DNA of 64,000 nt from the human T2T-CHM13v2.0 reference genome, Homo sapiens. Below, piece by piece: positions 27,409 through 43,091 of this stretch. How positions within the stretch are numbered: the first letter of the stretch is position 1; the number at the start of each line of letters is the position of its first letter. The translations under genes and the position numbers were made by a program. The stretch is from NCBI RefSeq assembly GCF_009914755.1, contig NC_060932.1. The stretch is one strand, 5' to 3'. The notes beneath the pieces are model-generated. The model did not search any database. It saw only the letters and a program-made list of their open reading frames with translations, and was not told the origin of the DNA.

Positions 27409-29010
27409 AATAACTAGCCTGAGACTCAGTAGACTAGACACAGAGAACCGAGACCCCTCCTTTACACTGAAGCTAGAATCTCCGCTCCTAGGAAACTTTC
27501 TAAGAGAGTTTCATCTCCTGGCCAGGCCTCAGCCCAGCTTCATTTCAGATCAATAAACACTGAGCATGACACTGTGGTGGGTGCTGGAATCAAGGCTGAG
27601 GGAAGAAGCAAAATGAAATTTTAAAGATTGGGTTGCAGAGGAGAATGGAAACTTTTGGATCAACGGCCTAGGCAATTCAGAGCACCTCTGCTTCCATGGC
27701 ATTTGCATAACATGTTTGTCCCCGTGGAGCTCTTTAGGAGCCTGTTAAACCACACACAGACTTTTAATTTCCTGAATGTAATTTTACTTTACATATTAAA
27801 AAAAGCCACCCCCAAACCAAACTCCTTTTTCTCCCTGGCTTCTGTATCTTTTCCACATGCAGGGAGAGATGAGGCTAGCTGACTGGGAGGAGGAGGTGGT
27901 TTGTTGCAATTAGTACTGGTGATCTAGTTGGAAGTCAGGAGCTCACCGAGTGTCTGCTGAAAGAGGCGGGAAATCAAAACACCAGTAGAGACCATGGCCA
28001 TGGGCGGTGACCACACCGAATGCTGTGGTTTAGCTTTGCCACCAACCAGCACGTGACAGTCAAGAGAGGAGTGAAAATGGCACAAAGGGACTGGCCAAAC
28101 CTTTCATTTACCTCCCTGACCAACAGCAAGATTCGGAAGGCCAAGATGATGGTCTATTAATACCCTGATCCTCACATGACCAACATGAAGCAGATGAAAG
28201 AAAACAAAAGCCTCGGGTCGGCTTTTGAAGGGCAGTCAGCTGTGCACTGTGACTCATCACTGGGTAGGAGGTGGGGCAAGGGGTTGGGAGGAAGGCAGCC
28301 AGAGCTCTGCCTGAAATCCATCCAAAACCCAGATTCCATGTGACTACCATCTCATGAGGGTGTCAGTTTTAATCTTGTCAAAATATGCACCAATCACAAG
28401 GACAAGTAAACTCTCAACACTATGACTGTGCACTGGAGGAGAAACGAACTGTCTTTGGTCTGATTATCTTCTCTAAGGAGAAGGAGGAATATAGCAGCAA
28501 AAATTTGTCAACTGACAGCATAACGACATGTTAACCATTCTGTGCTTCATCCTATCTCAAGGGAAAGTCCCCCCTACCTTTTTTTTTTTTTTTAACTGTC
28601 AGACAGCTGTGGAGTCAGGAGAAAGAACCCTGGAAGAGGAGAAGACCTGGATTCTCTAGCTGGGTGACCTTTGTAACTGTCATTCATTTAGCAAGTATTT
28701 TCTGAGTGTCCACCCTGTGCTAGCATCGTGGTAGGTGACAGGGACATGATGATGAAGACACATGATCCCTACACTCATGGAGTTTGCTCTTCAGCCTAGA
28801 GTGTAAGTCATTTAATCCCTCTGAACTCCTGATTCTTCATTTCTAAAATGGAAATAAAAAGACTACTTACTTCACAGGATTGCTATGAGAATTAAGTAAG
28901 ATAAATATGTACAAATCCACAGTAAATACCAAACATAAGGCATTTTTATTATAAGATATTATTTCTTTCCCTTTAAACTCCAGTCTTTTTGTGAAGTTTA
29001 AAGTTGACAT

Positions 29011-29215
29011 CAGGGGTTAGCAAACTTTTTCTGCAAAGTGCCAAACAGTAGGTGTTTTAAGGTTTGTGGGCCACGTGGTCTCTGTAGCAACTACTCCACC
29101 CTGAAGCTATAGCACCGAAATGGCTATAGACAATGTGTAAATGAGTGGGCATGGGTGTATTCCAATAAAACTTTATTTACAAAAGCAGGTGGAGGGCCAG
29201 ATTTGGCACCTGGGC
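29011..29215. mobile_element. MER58A-like hAT element
   Basis: 'caggggttagcaaactttttctg...gtattccaataaaactttatttacaaaagcaggtgg..gccagatttgg'. Confidence 0.75.
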
Positions 29216-29911
29216 TATGTCACAGTTTCTGGTATATATCATAAGAGTTTAAGAGTGAGGGCTCCAGAGGCAAACTGTCTGCCTCAGTTTTCCCATCTTC
29301 AAAATATGCACAGTAATAGTACCTACTTCAAAGTTGCTGTGAAGATTAAATGTATTCACATAGCACTCATAACTGTGCCTGCTACAAAGAATATACTCGA
29401 TAAATTATTATTGTTAGCTTTTACCATAATACAGAGCATTACCAAGTAAAATTATTGCCAATCAGGAAATAGTGAGTTAACAGGGCAAAGTGCAACCCAT
29501 TTAAAGACCTTCAGAATTGCTGTATTTCAATTGTAGCTGTTGTCAAACAAATAAATAAATGCTTTCACACTGTAATATTCCTTTCTGTCATTTTACTATG
29601 TTGGTGATACATTTAATAGCACCCTATCTGTTGATAAAAGTTAATGCTGATACATTTTATGACTTGCATAGTTTTTCTACCATGGAGTCTTATTTTGCTA
29701 ACAATAACAATAACAATGGGGTGCTTACTATGTGTCAGCAACTGCAGCTAAGCACTATACATTTGTAATCTTGTTTATCTTTTACAGCAACCCAGTGAGA
29801 TAGCTTCTCCATTTAACCATTGAGGATATTGAGGCTCAGAGAAGTACTCACCTAAAGCCATACCAGCAGTAGCAAATGCTGGAGCCAGGACTTGAGCCCA
29901 GATATGTCTAA

Positions 29912-30364
<453 letters not shown>

Positions 30365-30372
30365 TAATATTG

Positions 30373-30675
<303 letters not shown>

Positions 30676-30884
30676 TTATATAATAATATGTTGTGACTGG
30701 TAAACAACTTTTAATATTAAGGGCACTGTAATGCTCAGAAAGTGCTACCAGCACATTTAGGATGAGGCAACTGCTTTGGGTAAACCACAGAGTCTACTTT
30801 CCACATCAGCATCACTCTATAGGCCCAGAGCTACTACTAGGTAGTGATGTATGGAACTAGTAGTGAAGAGAGCAGAATTTACCG

Positions 30885-31189
30885 ATTTTTAAATTTTTTA
30901 ATTTTTGAGACAGAGTCTTGCTCTGTTGCCCAGGCTGGAGTGTAATGGCGTGATTTCGGCTCATTGCAACCTCCACCTCCCAGGTTGAAATGATTCTCCT
31001 GCCTCAGCCTTCTGAGTAGCTGGGATTACAGGCACCCGCCACCACACCTGGATAATTTTTGTATTTTTAGTAGAGATCGAGTTTCACCATGTTGGCCAGG
31101 TTGGTCCTGAGCTCCTGACCTCAGGTGATCTGCCTGCTTTGGCCTCCCAAAGTGTTGGGATTACAGGCGTAAGCCATCGCGCACAGCCC
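30885..31189 (-). mobile_element. Alu
   Basis: Reverse-complement Alu; TSD aattta(c/t)cgatttt. Confidence 0.92.
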
Positions 31190-31789
31190 AAATTTATCGA
31201 TTTTATTTGTGTTAAGAGAGCTGCGTGCCTAGGAAAGTAGGTTTGTATCTAGCAATCTGTGTACCAGGATGACTTAGCCAATTGGATTCTTTGCCCCTAG
31301 CCACAAGAGAAAAAAAGAACAGAGGAAAATGTCTTGTTTGGAAGTGGCTGCTTGTTTTTGACTGGGCAAATTTTAGCCCAGGTGCTAGTAATTTGTGGCT
31401 ATGTTTAAAGAGAGGCAGGGGGAGGGAAGGGGAAGGAGGAGGAGGCTTCTCGGCTCCTCTGGAATTCCGTGGTGTCATTATCGTGTGGGCACTCTGGGCA
31501 TCCGGCATGATCTGCAGTGACGAGCCGTGCAGTACCAGGAATGGCTCTGAGCTACTGGAGGGAGGGATGGTGGTCACCGCATGCTGAAACCACATCCTGC
31601 CCTTCAGCTTTGGCTCATGCTAGTTCTGGAGGCAACGAATAGGAGACAAATCTAGTTGCAAGCAATATCGTATAGCAAATCTCAGAGCGGATATCAACCA
31701 AAGTTTGAAGTGGTGTGTGCAAGACGAATGGGCAGAAGAGAGATTTCCCTCTTATCTCACTGCTCTCGTATCAAGAGCAGGCTTCTTAC

Positions 31790-32355
31790 GTCTTCTTCCC
31801 TACAGTTTATTTTAGCATAGCATTCATAGTTTTAAAAATCCATCAGTTCACGTTACTTCTTTGCTTAAAATCCTCAAATGGCTTCTCCTTGCGCTTAGGA
31901 AAAAACTCAAGCTCCTTACCATGACTGGCAAGGTTCTCCCTGATCTGGTTTCTACCCCTTTTCCAGCCTAGTTTTGCACAAATTCACTCTGCTCCGGCTA
32001 CACAGGTTATTCGTCTCTCGAATAGGCCAAGCTTATTCTCACCTCTGGGCCTTTGCCTCTGCCACATCTTTACATGCTCGGCTCCATCCCATCCCTCAGG
32101 TCTCAGTTCAAACGTGGCCTGCCCCGGGCTCAGAGGGCCCTTCCCTGGCCATCTTATGCAAAAACCTCCCTGTTGCCATCTTCACCTTACTATGGTTTCA
32201 TTGTTCTTCATTGTTGCATTTATGCATATCTGAATTGGTCTTGTTCACTTACTTGCTGATAGGCTAATTAGGATGGAACCCTCAAGACAGCAAGTGTTGT
32301 CCTGTTTCCCACTCTACCCCCAGCTTGGCACATGGTAAGCACTCAACAAATAGTG
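31790..32355 (+). mobile_element. L2 3' fragment
   Basis: 'gcttaaaatcctcaaatggcttctcc', 'gggcctttgcctctgc', 'ggcacatggtaagcactcaacaaata'. Confidence 0.6.
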
Positions 32356-33306
32356 TTTTTTAAAACATACATTTGTCTTTTTGAATCAAAGAGTGTTGTA
32401 GCTGGAAGGGACTCAGGAAACAGTTTACCCGAATTTCCTCCTGCTATAGATGAGGTGGCTCATGATGGCCAAATGACACATCAAGGTCAATGGTGGACCA
32501 TCTGGCTGGTCAGGCTGATATCTATATGGAGACTAGTTCCAGACTGATGCCCCAGGAGTGGCATGGGCCTAGGAGTAAATTATTTATAATGCAAACATAT
32601 CTCAAACACTTTCCAGAAGGGCAAGCAGCCTGAGATCTGGAGGGACAGTAAACACTTGGGCTTTCAGAAGCATCAACAAAAATAGCAGCTTCCTCTACCT
32701 GTTAGTTTAAAAGGACAAAACCACAAGGCTGCTGCCTAAGCATGCTCTATCATTCTCATACAGAATTGTTAAGAATGAGAACACAATTTATCCCCAAATT
32801 CCTTATCTCGTATAACAGTGGGGTGTTACAGTATGAAGTATGTGTCTGACTGGAAAATCTGCCAGAGTTATCAAAGGCAGAAACGAGTCCCAGCCTCAAG
32901 CAGCCTTGCCATGCCTCACATGCTCAATACCCAAGTTGGGTGCCCATCTATAGGAAGGTTGCGTCTTCTATAATAAACCTTTAGTTAGACTAGGCAGTGT
33001 CTCTCTCTGCTCTGAGTGCTGGGTACTTCCAAGACCCTTATTTACTCAATGAATAACACAGATAAAAAACCTGGAAAGTTTTGTTCTGACTTTGAGCTTG
33101 AACACTGACAGGTTGAAAGAGAAAAAAATTTCAGCGACATTAATAATCTGCAGGCATGTCAAGATTGGATAAATATTATTTGCAAGTGAAACAGCTCTCT
33201 TTTAACAGAGGGAGTTAAAATAATAAGGAGAGCCAAGTTTACATGCATTAATTGTATTCTCAGCAGAGAGAGACTTGCCTCTTCATCTTTTACCCATCCT
33301 GGTTAC

Positions 33307-33610
33307 TTTTTTTTTTTTTTTTTTTTTTGAGATGGAGTCTCACTCTGCTGCCCAGGCTGGAGTGCAGTAGTGTGAGCTGGCTCACTGCAACCTCTGCCTT
33401 TTGGGTTCAAATGATTCTCCTGCCTCAGCCTTCTGAGTAGCTGGGACTACAAGTGCCTGCCACCATGTCCGGCTGATTTTTGTATTTTTAAGAGAGACGG
33501 TGTTTCACCATGTTGGCTAGGCTGGTCTCAAACTCCTCACCTCAAGTAATCCACCTGCCTCGGCCTCCCAAAGTATTGGGATTACAGGTGTGAGCCCCCA
33601 CACCTGGCCC
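33307..33610 (-). mobile_element. Alu
   Basis: TSD cctggttacttttt. Confidence 0.92.
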
Positions 33611-34410
33611 TGGTTACTTTTGAGTTGACAATGGCAGTTTATTCCCCATTACATCCATCTAACAGCGATGTCTGGCTTGGCGATCTTCCTTAAACTGAGC
33701 TCCCATCTATTCCAGCAACTGTCACCTCTGCCCTATGGTTCTATAGGCTGAATGTCACATCGCCATTGGCCCCTGACCCACAATCATTCCCCTTCACTTT
33801 TGTTCCTTCCCATTTCTAGGTTCTGCTTACATTGCTTGTCCCTGCAAAGCCTTCCACTTGCCTTTCCATCTGGCCAAATCCTGGCCGTCCCTCAAGGAAG
33901 GAGAATTTCAGGTTCTACCTCTTTCAAGAAGCCATCTCCAAGGCTCCTAGACTGTACTAATTCAACTTGCCATTTGAATAGTTATACTTTGTCCCCCAGA
34001 GTAGCCCAGAAGTACCTGACAAGCAGGGGCTAGGTCTGACACGATTCTCAAGTGGCTATGGCAACACTAGGTGCTTGGGCCCAAAATAGAAATACCCGTT
34101 CAGGGGCTCAAAAGCATTCATTTAAAGCAATTTGCCGCATGTGGAGACCTAGAAGGAGGATGCCATCAATTACCGCTCCTTGCCATCAGAGACCTCTTCC
34201 TGTAGTGGACTCATGAGGCCTTCAGATTCTGGGTCCCAGATACTCAGAGCACAGTATAAATACTCTTGGGAGCATCCCTCCTTGGATGAGAAAAGGTCTG
34301 TGGGACTGGCACTGAAAACCCAGCTCACCTGCCCAATTTGGCACATCCTAAGTTATGATAAGCCCCCAACAGAGCCTAGATGCTTAGGTAGAATTTTAAT
34401 AGAAAACATT

Positions 34411-34779
<369 letters not shown>

Positions 34780-35624
34780 TTAGATCCTGAGTCATTAAGA
34801 AAAAAAAATTATACAAAATGGGCACACTTTTGATCCAGCAGTCTCTGAAGTGGTACTGGAAAGAAAATCAGGTAGAAAAATAATAAAACAGAAATCTCAG
34901 TATTTTATATCATCTTTAATCTCTGATTTTGTGTATTTTCTAATGTCCACAATAAGGTCCCTAAAGTTGATGATGACAGTAACAGCAACAACCATTACAC
35001 TCCTTGAATGTTACCACATACCAGGCGCGGTTCTACAGCATTTACCAGGTTGAAATTCAATTTCATTCTCACAGCAACACTGCAGGGTAGACATCATTAC
35101 TGGCATCTTTTAGAGGTATATGAGTTATAAGTGAATTTATGAATATGCATAAATTGAGAGTGCATGCTTAAGTTATTTTATACTATTAGGAGTCTATGCT
35201 CTAGTCTTAGTCTTCCCCCATTTCCATGGGAACCCTAATTTCTGTGGGTACCCTCCTACTTCTTCAAATACCCTACTACATCTAGGGTGGTGTGGGCATC
35301 TCCCACTTTTTCAGGTGGCCTCCTTTTTCTGCACAGCCCCCTCCAATTCTGTGGCCATGTCCCCCCGTCTGTGAGTGTCCCCCACTTCCGTGGGCACCTA
35401 GACACCGCAGGATCTGCCTGTCTGAATGCTAATAATAATGACTAACAAGGCCAGAAATTCCAAGAGATACAGATTTCCTCCTGTGAAATCACTAACAGTT
35501 TAACCAGCCATTGAAGGGCCCACCCTGTACCCTCAAAGTTAATGACCCCAGTACCAAGATGTGGTAGAGGCAGTTGGCTATGAAGTTTCAGAAGGGTGGG
35601 GTCACAATCACTTCTGTGCATCAT

Positions 35625-35918
35625 TTCTTTTCCTTTTTCTTTTTATCTTTTTTTGAGACAGAGTCTCCCTCTGTTACCCAGGTTGCAGGATGGTGGCACG
35701 ATCTTGGCTCCCGGGTTCAAGTGATTCTCATGCCTCAGCCTCCAGAGTAGCTGGGACTATAGCAGTGTGCCATCAACCCAGCTAATTTTTGTATTTTTAG
35801 TAGAGACGGGGTTTCACCATCTTGACCAGGCTGTTCTCGAACTCCTGACCTCAGGCGATCCGCCTGCCGTGGCCTCCCAGAGTGCTCGGATTACAGGTGT
35901 GAGCCACCACGCCCGGCT
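35625..35918 (-). mobile_element. Alu with a small internal deletion near 35710
   Basis: TSD tctgtgcatcattt; 'cttggctc|ccgggttcaag' lacks actgcaacctccgcctc. Confidence 0.9.
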
Positions 35919-37318
35919 CTGTGCATCATTTTCAAATGGGCCCGTGGCTCTGCTCTTTTGGCTTTATTGCTGCTGCAGTGGTTGGCCTTTTCTCCATCCC
36001 AGATAGCACCAGTTTAAAGCCCAGGTGGCCGAGGCCACCCTCCATCAGAGGAAGGCCACTGCATGTACAGCCTTAAGTGAATCCAAGGTCACTGTGGCAG
36101 AGGAACCTGTGTGAAGGGGCCAGGATGCTGATGCACATCAAGGCCCAGCAGGGGCTTGGCAACAGCATGCCCTTAATTTAAGGCATTGAATTTAAATTTG
36201 AGTCATCGTGCCATATTCCAGCCTTTTGTTTGCCAAACCACCAGTCAACTTAAACTAAAACATGTTTTTGGAAAATGCTTTCAGGGGTGGTAGGAATGCA
36301 GTAACTTGCTGGAAACATTCAAATGCACTTAGGGTGGTAACGCAGAAAAAAATAAGAATGTGCATCAGTTTAGGTTGTGATGCTCTGCTGCAGAGGGACA
36401 AAGAAACTGGGGTTGCAAGCTTTTATTTGTTCTTCTTGATCCACTAGCACATACGGGTCAGTTTACTCCAGTGAGAAAATTGGTACTCAAGTTCTCCGTG
36501 ACCTTTCTGGGCTGTTAATGGTAGCTACAGTTACTGTAGACTTGGGCTTATTCTCATTCTACAGAGAGAGCTAGGAGTAATCAGATCAAAGGTCATTCTG
36601 GCATTAAGAACCTCTCCTGCGATATAGCCTGTGTGCATGTGTGCAAATATTTTAGTGGTGATAAAAGGCAGGCTCCATTTTGCATTTTGCCCTCTAAGCA
36701 ATGCAGTCGAAAGGAGAGAACACTGGAGCAGGAGTCGGAGAACCAGGCTTAGGTCCTGCCTTTATTCCACGTCCCTTCCTGGGCAGGCAACTTTGTGCAA
36801 ATCACCCAGTTCCCTGGCCTCTGCTTCCTCACCTCTAAAATGGGTTAACAACATCTGCCTACTGTACAGCTTGACTGTGCTTATCAAAGACGTAGATATA
36901 CAAAGATGGAATTCGTAAACCACAAAGTAACAGATTTATAATTTGCTGGTTGATGGCATCTGGGGATGCCAGAGCCTGTTAGAAGTCATGACTTTCTGAA
37001 ACACTGCTTGGCCAAGGTGCTGTTTCTTGTTTTTTTTCCAGTGGCTTCCTCCTGCGTACTAGATAATATAGCCTCACACTCAAAGCCTCTTCTCAAGTCT
37101 GTCCAATGTCCTTTTCTAGCCATATTTAAATGAACAATCATCCCTAGTGTTTATAAACTTCTTACTACACATGACTAACACTCATAAACTGCTTATCTCA
37201 TTTAGTCCTCATCTTACCTAGGAGCAGGGTGCTATTGTCATCATTTCCATTTTACAGATGGGCGAGTGAGGCCTGACCAAGATCATAATAACCAGCTTGT
37301 GGCAACACCCTTCGATGA

Positions 37319-37628
<310 letters not shown>

Positions 37629-37947
37629 ATGATCCTATATTCTAAAGCACACTGTGCTACTTCTGTCCATACTTGAATGTTCTGCTCACTGATCTCTGAA
37701 CAGACCTTACAGCTGCCTACCTCAAACCAGTTCCCCTAAGTTCTACTCCTACTCAAGACCAGTTCAAACCCCACATTTTCCTTGAAGTCTTTCTTGAATA
37801 TCCTGCCCACAGTGATGCTACCCTTCTGAAACTTCATAGCCTATCTGCCTCTACCACATCTTGGTTCTTTTCAAATTCATTCTCATGGTGTCAGGGTAGG
37901 TAACTTCTTTTAATGCATACTTCTCAGGCTATCAGTCAGACTGTATG

Positions 37948-38291
37948 GCAGGGGGCAATAATTTTTTTTTTTCTGTAGAAATCCAGATAGTAAATACTCT
38001 AGGCTTGCAGGCTACAAGCTCTCTGTTGCTAACTCTGAACCCAACTCTGCCATTTTGCACAAAAACAGCCATAGACAATATCTAATGAGTGAGCGTAGCT
38101 GTGTTCCAATAAAACTTTATTTATGGATACTGAAATTTGAGCTGCACATAATTTCCATGTGTTATGAAACATTATACTCCTTTCAATTTTTTAAAACATT
38201 GAAAAACGTACAAATCATTCTTAGCTCATGGGCCATACAAAAACAGGCGGCAGGCTATTGACCTGAGGGCTAGAAGTTTGCTGACCCCTGC
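37948..38291. mobile_element. MER58B-like hAT element
   Basis: 'gctgtgttccaataaaactttatttatggatactgaaatttga...agtttgctgacccctg'. Confidence 0.75.
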
Positions 38292-39136
38292 TGCAGACCT
38301 TCAAGGTAGAGTCAGATCTATTTCATCTATTTCCCTCACTGGCTAGTGGCAGGGCCTGGAGAAAATAATACAGGTTTTGGAGGAGTGTAAGTTTGAATTC
38401 AAGTTCAAGTTCTATATTACATTGTACTCAGCAATAACAGATACTAAATAACGGTTGCTTTCATGCCCTTTTAAAGTCATATTTTTTATTGGTACTGCTC
38501 AGTTTTTATCTTAATTCCATCTTATCCCAATAATGCAGTTTCTCAAGGGACTCACTAAGGACCAGGGGAACGGGGCAGTTGTTTGGGTAAATGTTGGTGT
38601 TTTCTGTCACTGAGCCTCACTGGGGAGAATATAAAGATTTTAAAAATGTACGACCATTCTAAGGACCTCAAAAGTTCCATTGCAAATAGGCTAATCTCTG
38701 TCCCCAACTGTATCTGGCCCATGAATTCAGTCTTCAAGTTTTAATCACCCTGGAAAGATGGTTGGATATGCTAAAATCCTACTTAACTTTCTGAAAAGTA
38801 AGTTACATTGCATTTTGAAATTTATATAACACTTTCACACCCACTGCCTTTATTTTTACATTTTATTTTTTCATTCTCATAAAAATGCTTCAATACAGGT
38901 ATGGTTATCCTAGATTTACAGTTTAGAGAAGTAAAATGATTGATTTGCAGAAAGTACTACAAAAAAAGAAGCTTCGAACTTTGAGCTGGAATATAGGAGG
39001 GGCTGTCCTCTTTCCATCACTAAATTCCTGATGGACCACAGTACACGCCCCAGAAGTCGTATCTAGAGTTTAATGTCTCAGTGCACTTTGTTTAAAAATT
39101 CTCATTAATATGCAAAACATAATATCTGGGCTCCAA

Positions 39137-39319
39137 AGCAGTTTCTGAGCTGGTCTGTAAACTTGAAAACTGATTGGGATCACCAGGCAGATATTTTAAA
39201 AGTAGCAATGCCTGGGTACCACCTTCAACTAATTAAATCGGAAGCTCCAGAGGTGGGCTTCTGTAGTCTAACAAGCTTCGAAGGTGATTTGAATGTGCAG
39301 CCAGGACTGAGAACCACTG
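39137..39319. mobile_element. MER5A-like hAT element
   Basis: 'aggtgatttgaatgtgcagccaggactgagaaccactg'. Confidence 0.6.
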
Positions 39320-41721
39320 GGGTCACAGCAGGCTCACTGCAGAGCCATTACATGGGTGATGGTCTCCGAAACCTTCTCCTGGTTGACTTGATGCCCAAGA
39401 CTCACTCGATCCTCTGACCTCTCTGTGGCCTGGTTAGTCAGCACTCACCTACTCATGGTTACAAACTTCCAGTCTGACTGGCTTGGCCTCTGGAATCCTT
39501 CCAGCTCCTCAAGGGAATTTCCAAAATGTGTTGGTCTTGAGGTATAGGGTAAACTATGTTTTAAATGTCCTTCCACAAGTAGGTAAGTTGCTGTTTCTAG
39601 AGATGTGAAATCTTTCAAACACATAGCTAGAACTGTCTTTATGTCATTGGGGCTGTGTAGGGGAGGGAGCAGGGCCAATGCATGTAGCTTGTAGCCAGTG
39701 AAAATGATGTAGAAATGTTATATAAACATCTTTCTAAGTTATAGTAAAAAATTTTCTGACTCTAAACATTCGTGAAATTTTCATGCTGAGTGATAAAAAT
39801 GATAATATTTTGAGATAGCAGTGTTAGCCATCTCTTTTATTACCTCTGCATGTCTCTTTTTTGGAAGATGACAACCAGCATGAACATAACAGATTTTCAG
39901 AAAATGTATTTGGCTCTCAAGGCTTTGAATGTTTTTTTTGTTTTTGTTTTTTTCCCAAATGGCCCTTAAAATCAGTTTAGCTCCTTAGCAAAACCAGTAA
40001 TCATTGTAGCATTTAAACAACATTAGGTCAAAGTAGTACGATGGGGATAATATACTGGCAAGCTACTTTGCAGAGTTGGTTTAAGGATAAGAATGTATGA
40101 GAAGTATACTGAGTTCCTAAGAAGGAAAACCTCAAAACACGGTGGCTATCATTAAAATGTTTTAAGTTCTTCATAAAAATAACATATTATTCCTCAAATT
40201 ACAGAGGTCTCTAATAGTGATGGGGAAAAATTGTTCTTTGCAAAATAGAAATATTTTTCCACTATTTCTGAACCTAACAACTTTGAAAGCATTCAGCAGT
40301 TTCTCTAAGATTATTTAAAGCAAAGCGCTCATGATGTATTTTACAATTAGATACTCTTAGATACGTGTTCTCTGTGCTGAGTCTTAAGCAATTGCCAGAT
40401 TCACCAATTAGTTTTTTAAAAGTAGAAAACATTTTAATCAACTCAACTGAAAAGCGTTTTAGGGGGAAATCAATAATTTTGGTAAGTGGGTAACAGTAAA
40501 CATTAGCGGCTGACTTTGCACAGCAGATAGATTCTAGTGTCCAAAGTACTTCTGTTTATATCACTGAGTTTCCCCAGCTACCCCGGGAAGTTGAGGTAAG
40601 TCATTCTTACAGAGGAGGAAACCACGTCTTAGGGAGGTTGAGACAGTTTGAAATCAGTGGAGCTAGGACCTGCCCTCAGGCTATTTTACTTCAGCTCCTC
40701 TGCTCACAGATAACTCATGGTAGCAGTTAAAAGTGTAGACTCTGACTGCCCAGATTTCAAGTCTTGATTTCATCCCTCTGTGATCATGGACAAGTCATTT
40801 TATCTTACTGTACTGCCATTTGTTTAAAGAGAGATAATAAAAGCACCCATATTTTAAAGGGTTATTGAAAAGATAAAAGGTGAAAATGAACATATTGATG
40901 AAATAGATTTTCACTATCATGATGCTTGTTCCTTGCTTTATTTCTTGTAAAAGGAAAAGCAGGTAGAAAGGAAGACCATCTAAAAACTGACCATTTTGAA
41001 GATCAGTTTGTAATAAGACATCAGATCTAAGTGTCTTCCTCTAATACCTAGAAGATGGAAACTATTTGGATTCTTAGCAATGGAAGTTTCCAGATCATCC
41101 TGGGCCCATTTCCAACCAGCCTAGACTAGTCTGTGGGCCCTAGGAGGACTAGGTGACCTCCGTGAACTTGCAGAGTCACACTGAATGGCATGAACATTTC
41201 ACCCAAGAAGGTCTCTTATTTTTATCCCTTTTGGATTGGAAGAAGAGCTTAGCCGAAGAGTGAATAGATCTGCTCATGTGGTCACAGGCTCAGCTCACAG
41301 CTCCTAACCTGCTTCTTGCAGGCCTGCGTTTTTATCAGGTCACTTTGGACAGCCAAGCCTGCATCTGCCCAGATGACAGGTGAAGGATCCAGGCCTCAAG
41401 GGGCCTTGAATGTCATCACCCTGGCTGAGCCTCTGCAATCATCTGACTCAGTGACATGGCACCGAGAAGCACAACAACCCAGGAAAAAGAAAATAAAAAC
41501 CAAACCAACCACACCCACAGGGGGAAAATTCCCTCCTACTTCTAAGCCTAAAACCCAAACAGCTGCTACCTCCCAGGTTGACTGCTGACAAAAATACACA
41601 AGGGAGCTTTGGAGGGCAGGCAGGGAGAACAAAATAATAAACCAATTAGAAATAATAATGTGACAGTCATGGTTAAGCTGATTTGCTTTACTACCTTCAT
41701 CATTAATATTTTGCTCATTAA

Positions 41722-42419
<698 letters not shown>

Positions 42420-42998
42420 TGAATACTGTTATCACATGGGGGTGGAAGGGAACCACAGGCACAAAACATGGAGGTGCTTTAATTCATCCAGTTTTGTGGC
42501 CTCATCTGAGAATGCCTTGGGGGTCCCCCAGAGTCAGCTGAAGTAGGACAAGAGGGAGACAGTGAGAACAGTCAGAGATACAGGGTTTTGAAACAGTCCA
42601 AAGTGCTTTAGGGCTTGCTTCCTGCTGAATTCTCTCTTGCTAAGGCTGTTGCCAGGGCCAGCGTTGCCTGTGACATGTTCCCACGTATCCACAGGGTGGG
42701 CTCGGAAGGGGCCTGGTGTGAAATTTCACTTGAAGAGAATGGCTCTTTAACCGACTCACTGGGGTATTATGGCGGCCCCTGCCCATCCTGGCCAATCTCA
42801 GGGACATCCTAGTAGGACTCACTTAAGAACTTGAAGTACGTTGGGGAAGAAGGAGATTGAGGGGTCTGTTTTCTGCTTGCCTCAAAATTCTTAGGGTCCT
42901 AAAAAGTAATTTTTTGGGGAAACTACTTCAAGACAACCCAAAGAGATGATTCAACTTGGGAAAGAGCCTGGATGAGCCTTTAGGCACTTGAGACTTAC

Positions 42999-43091
42999 CC
43001 GGACCACGTAGTTAAATCTTCTGGAATCCAGAATGGCAGTTGAGAAGTCCAGTCTGTTGAAAGCTTCCCCCAGGGTGCAATATCCATGGCG
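42999..43091 (-). CDS. FBXO32: FBXO32 exon 4 (93 nt; [31 protein letters not shown])
   Basis: Acceptor CAG|C, donor CGG|GTAAGT; phase 0-0. Confidence 0.97.
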
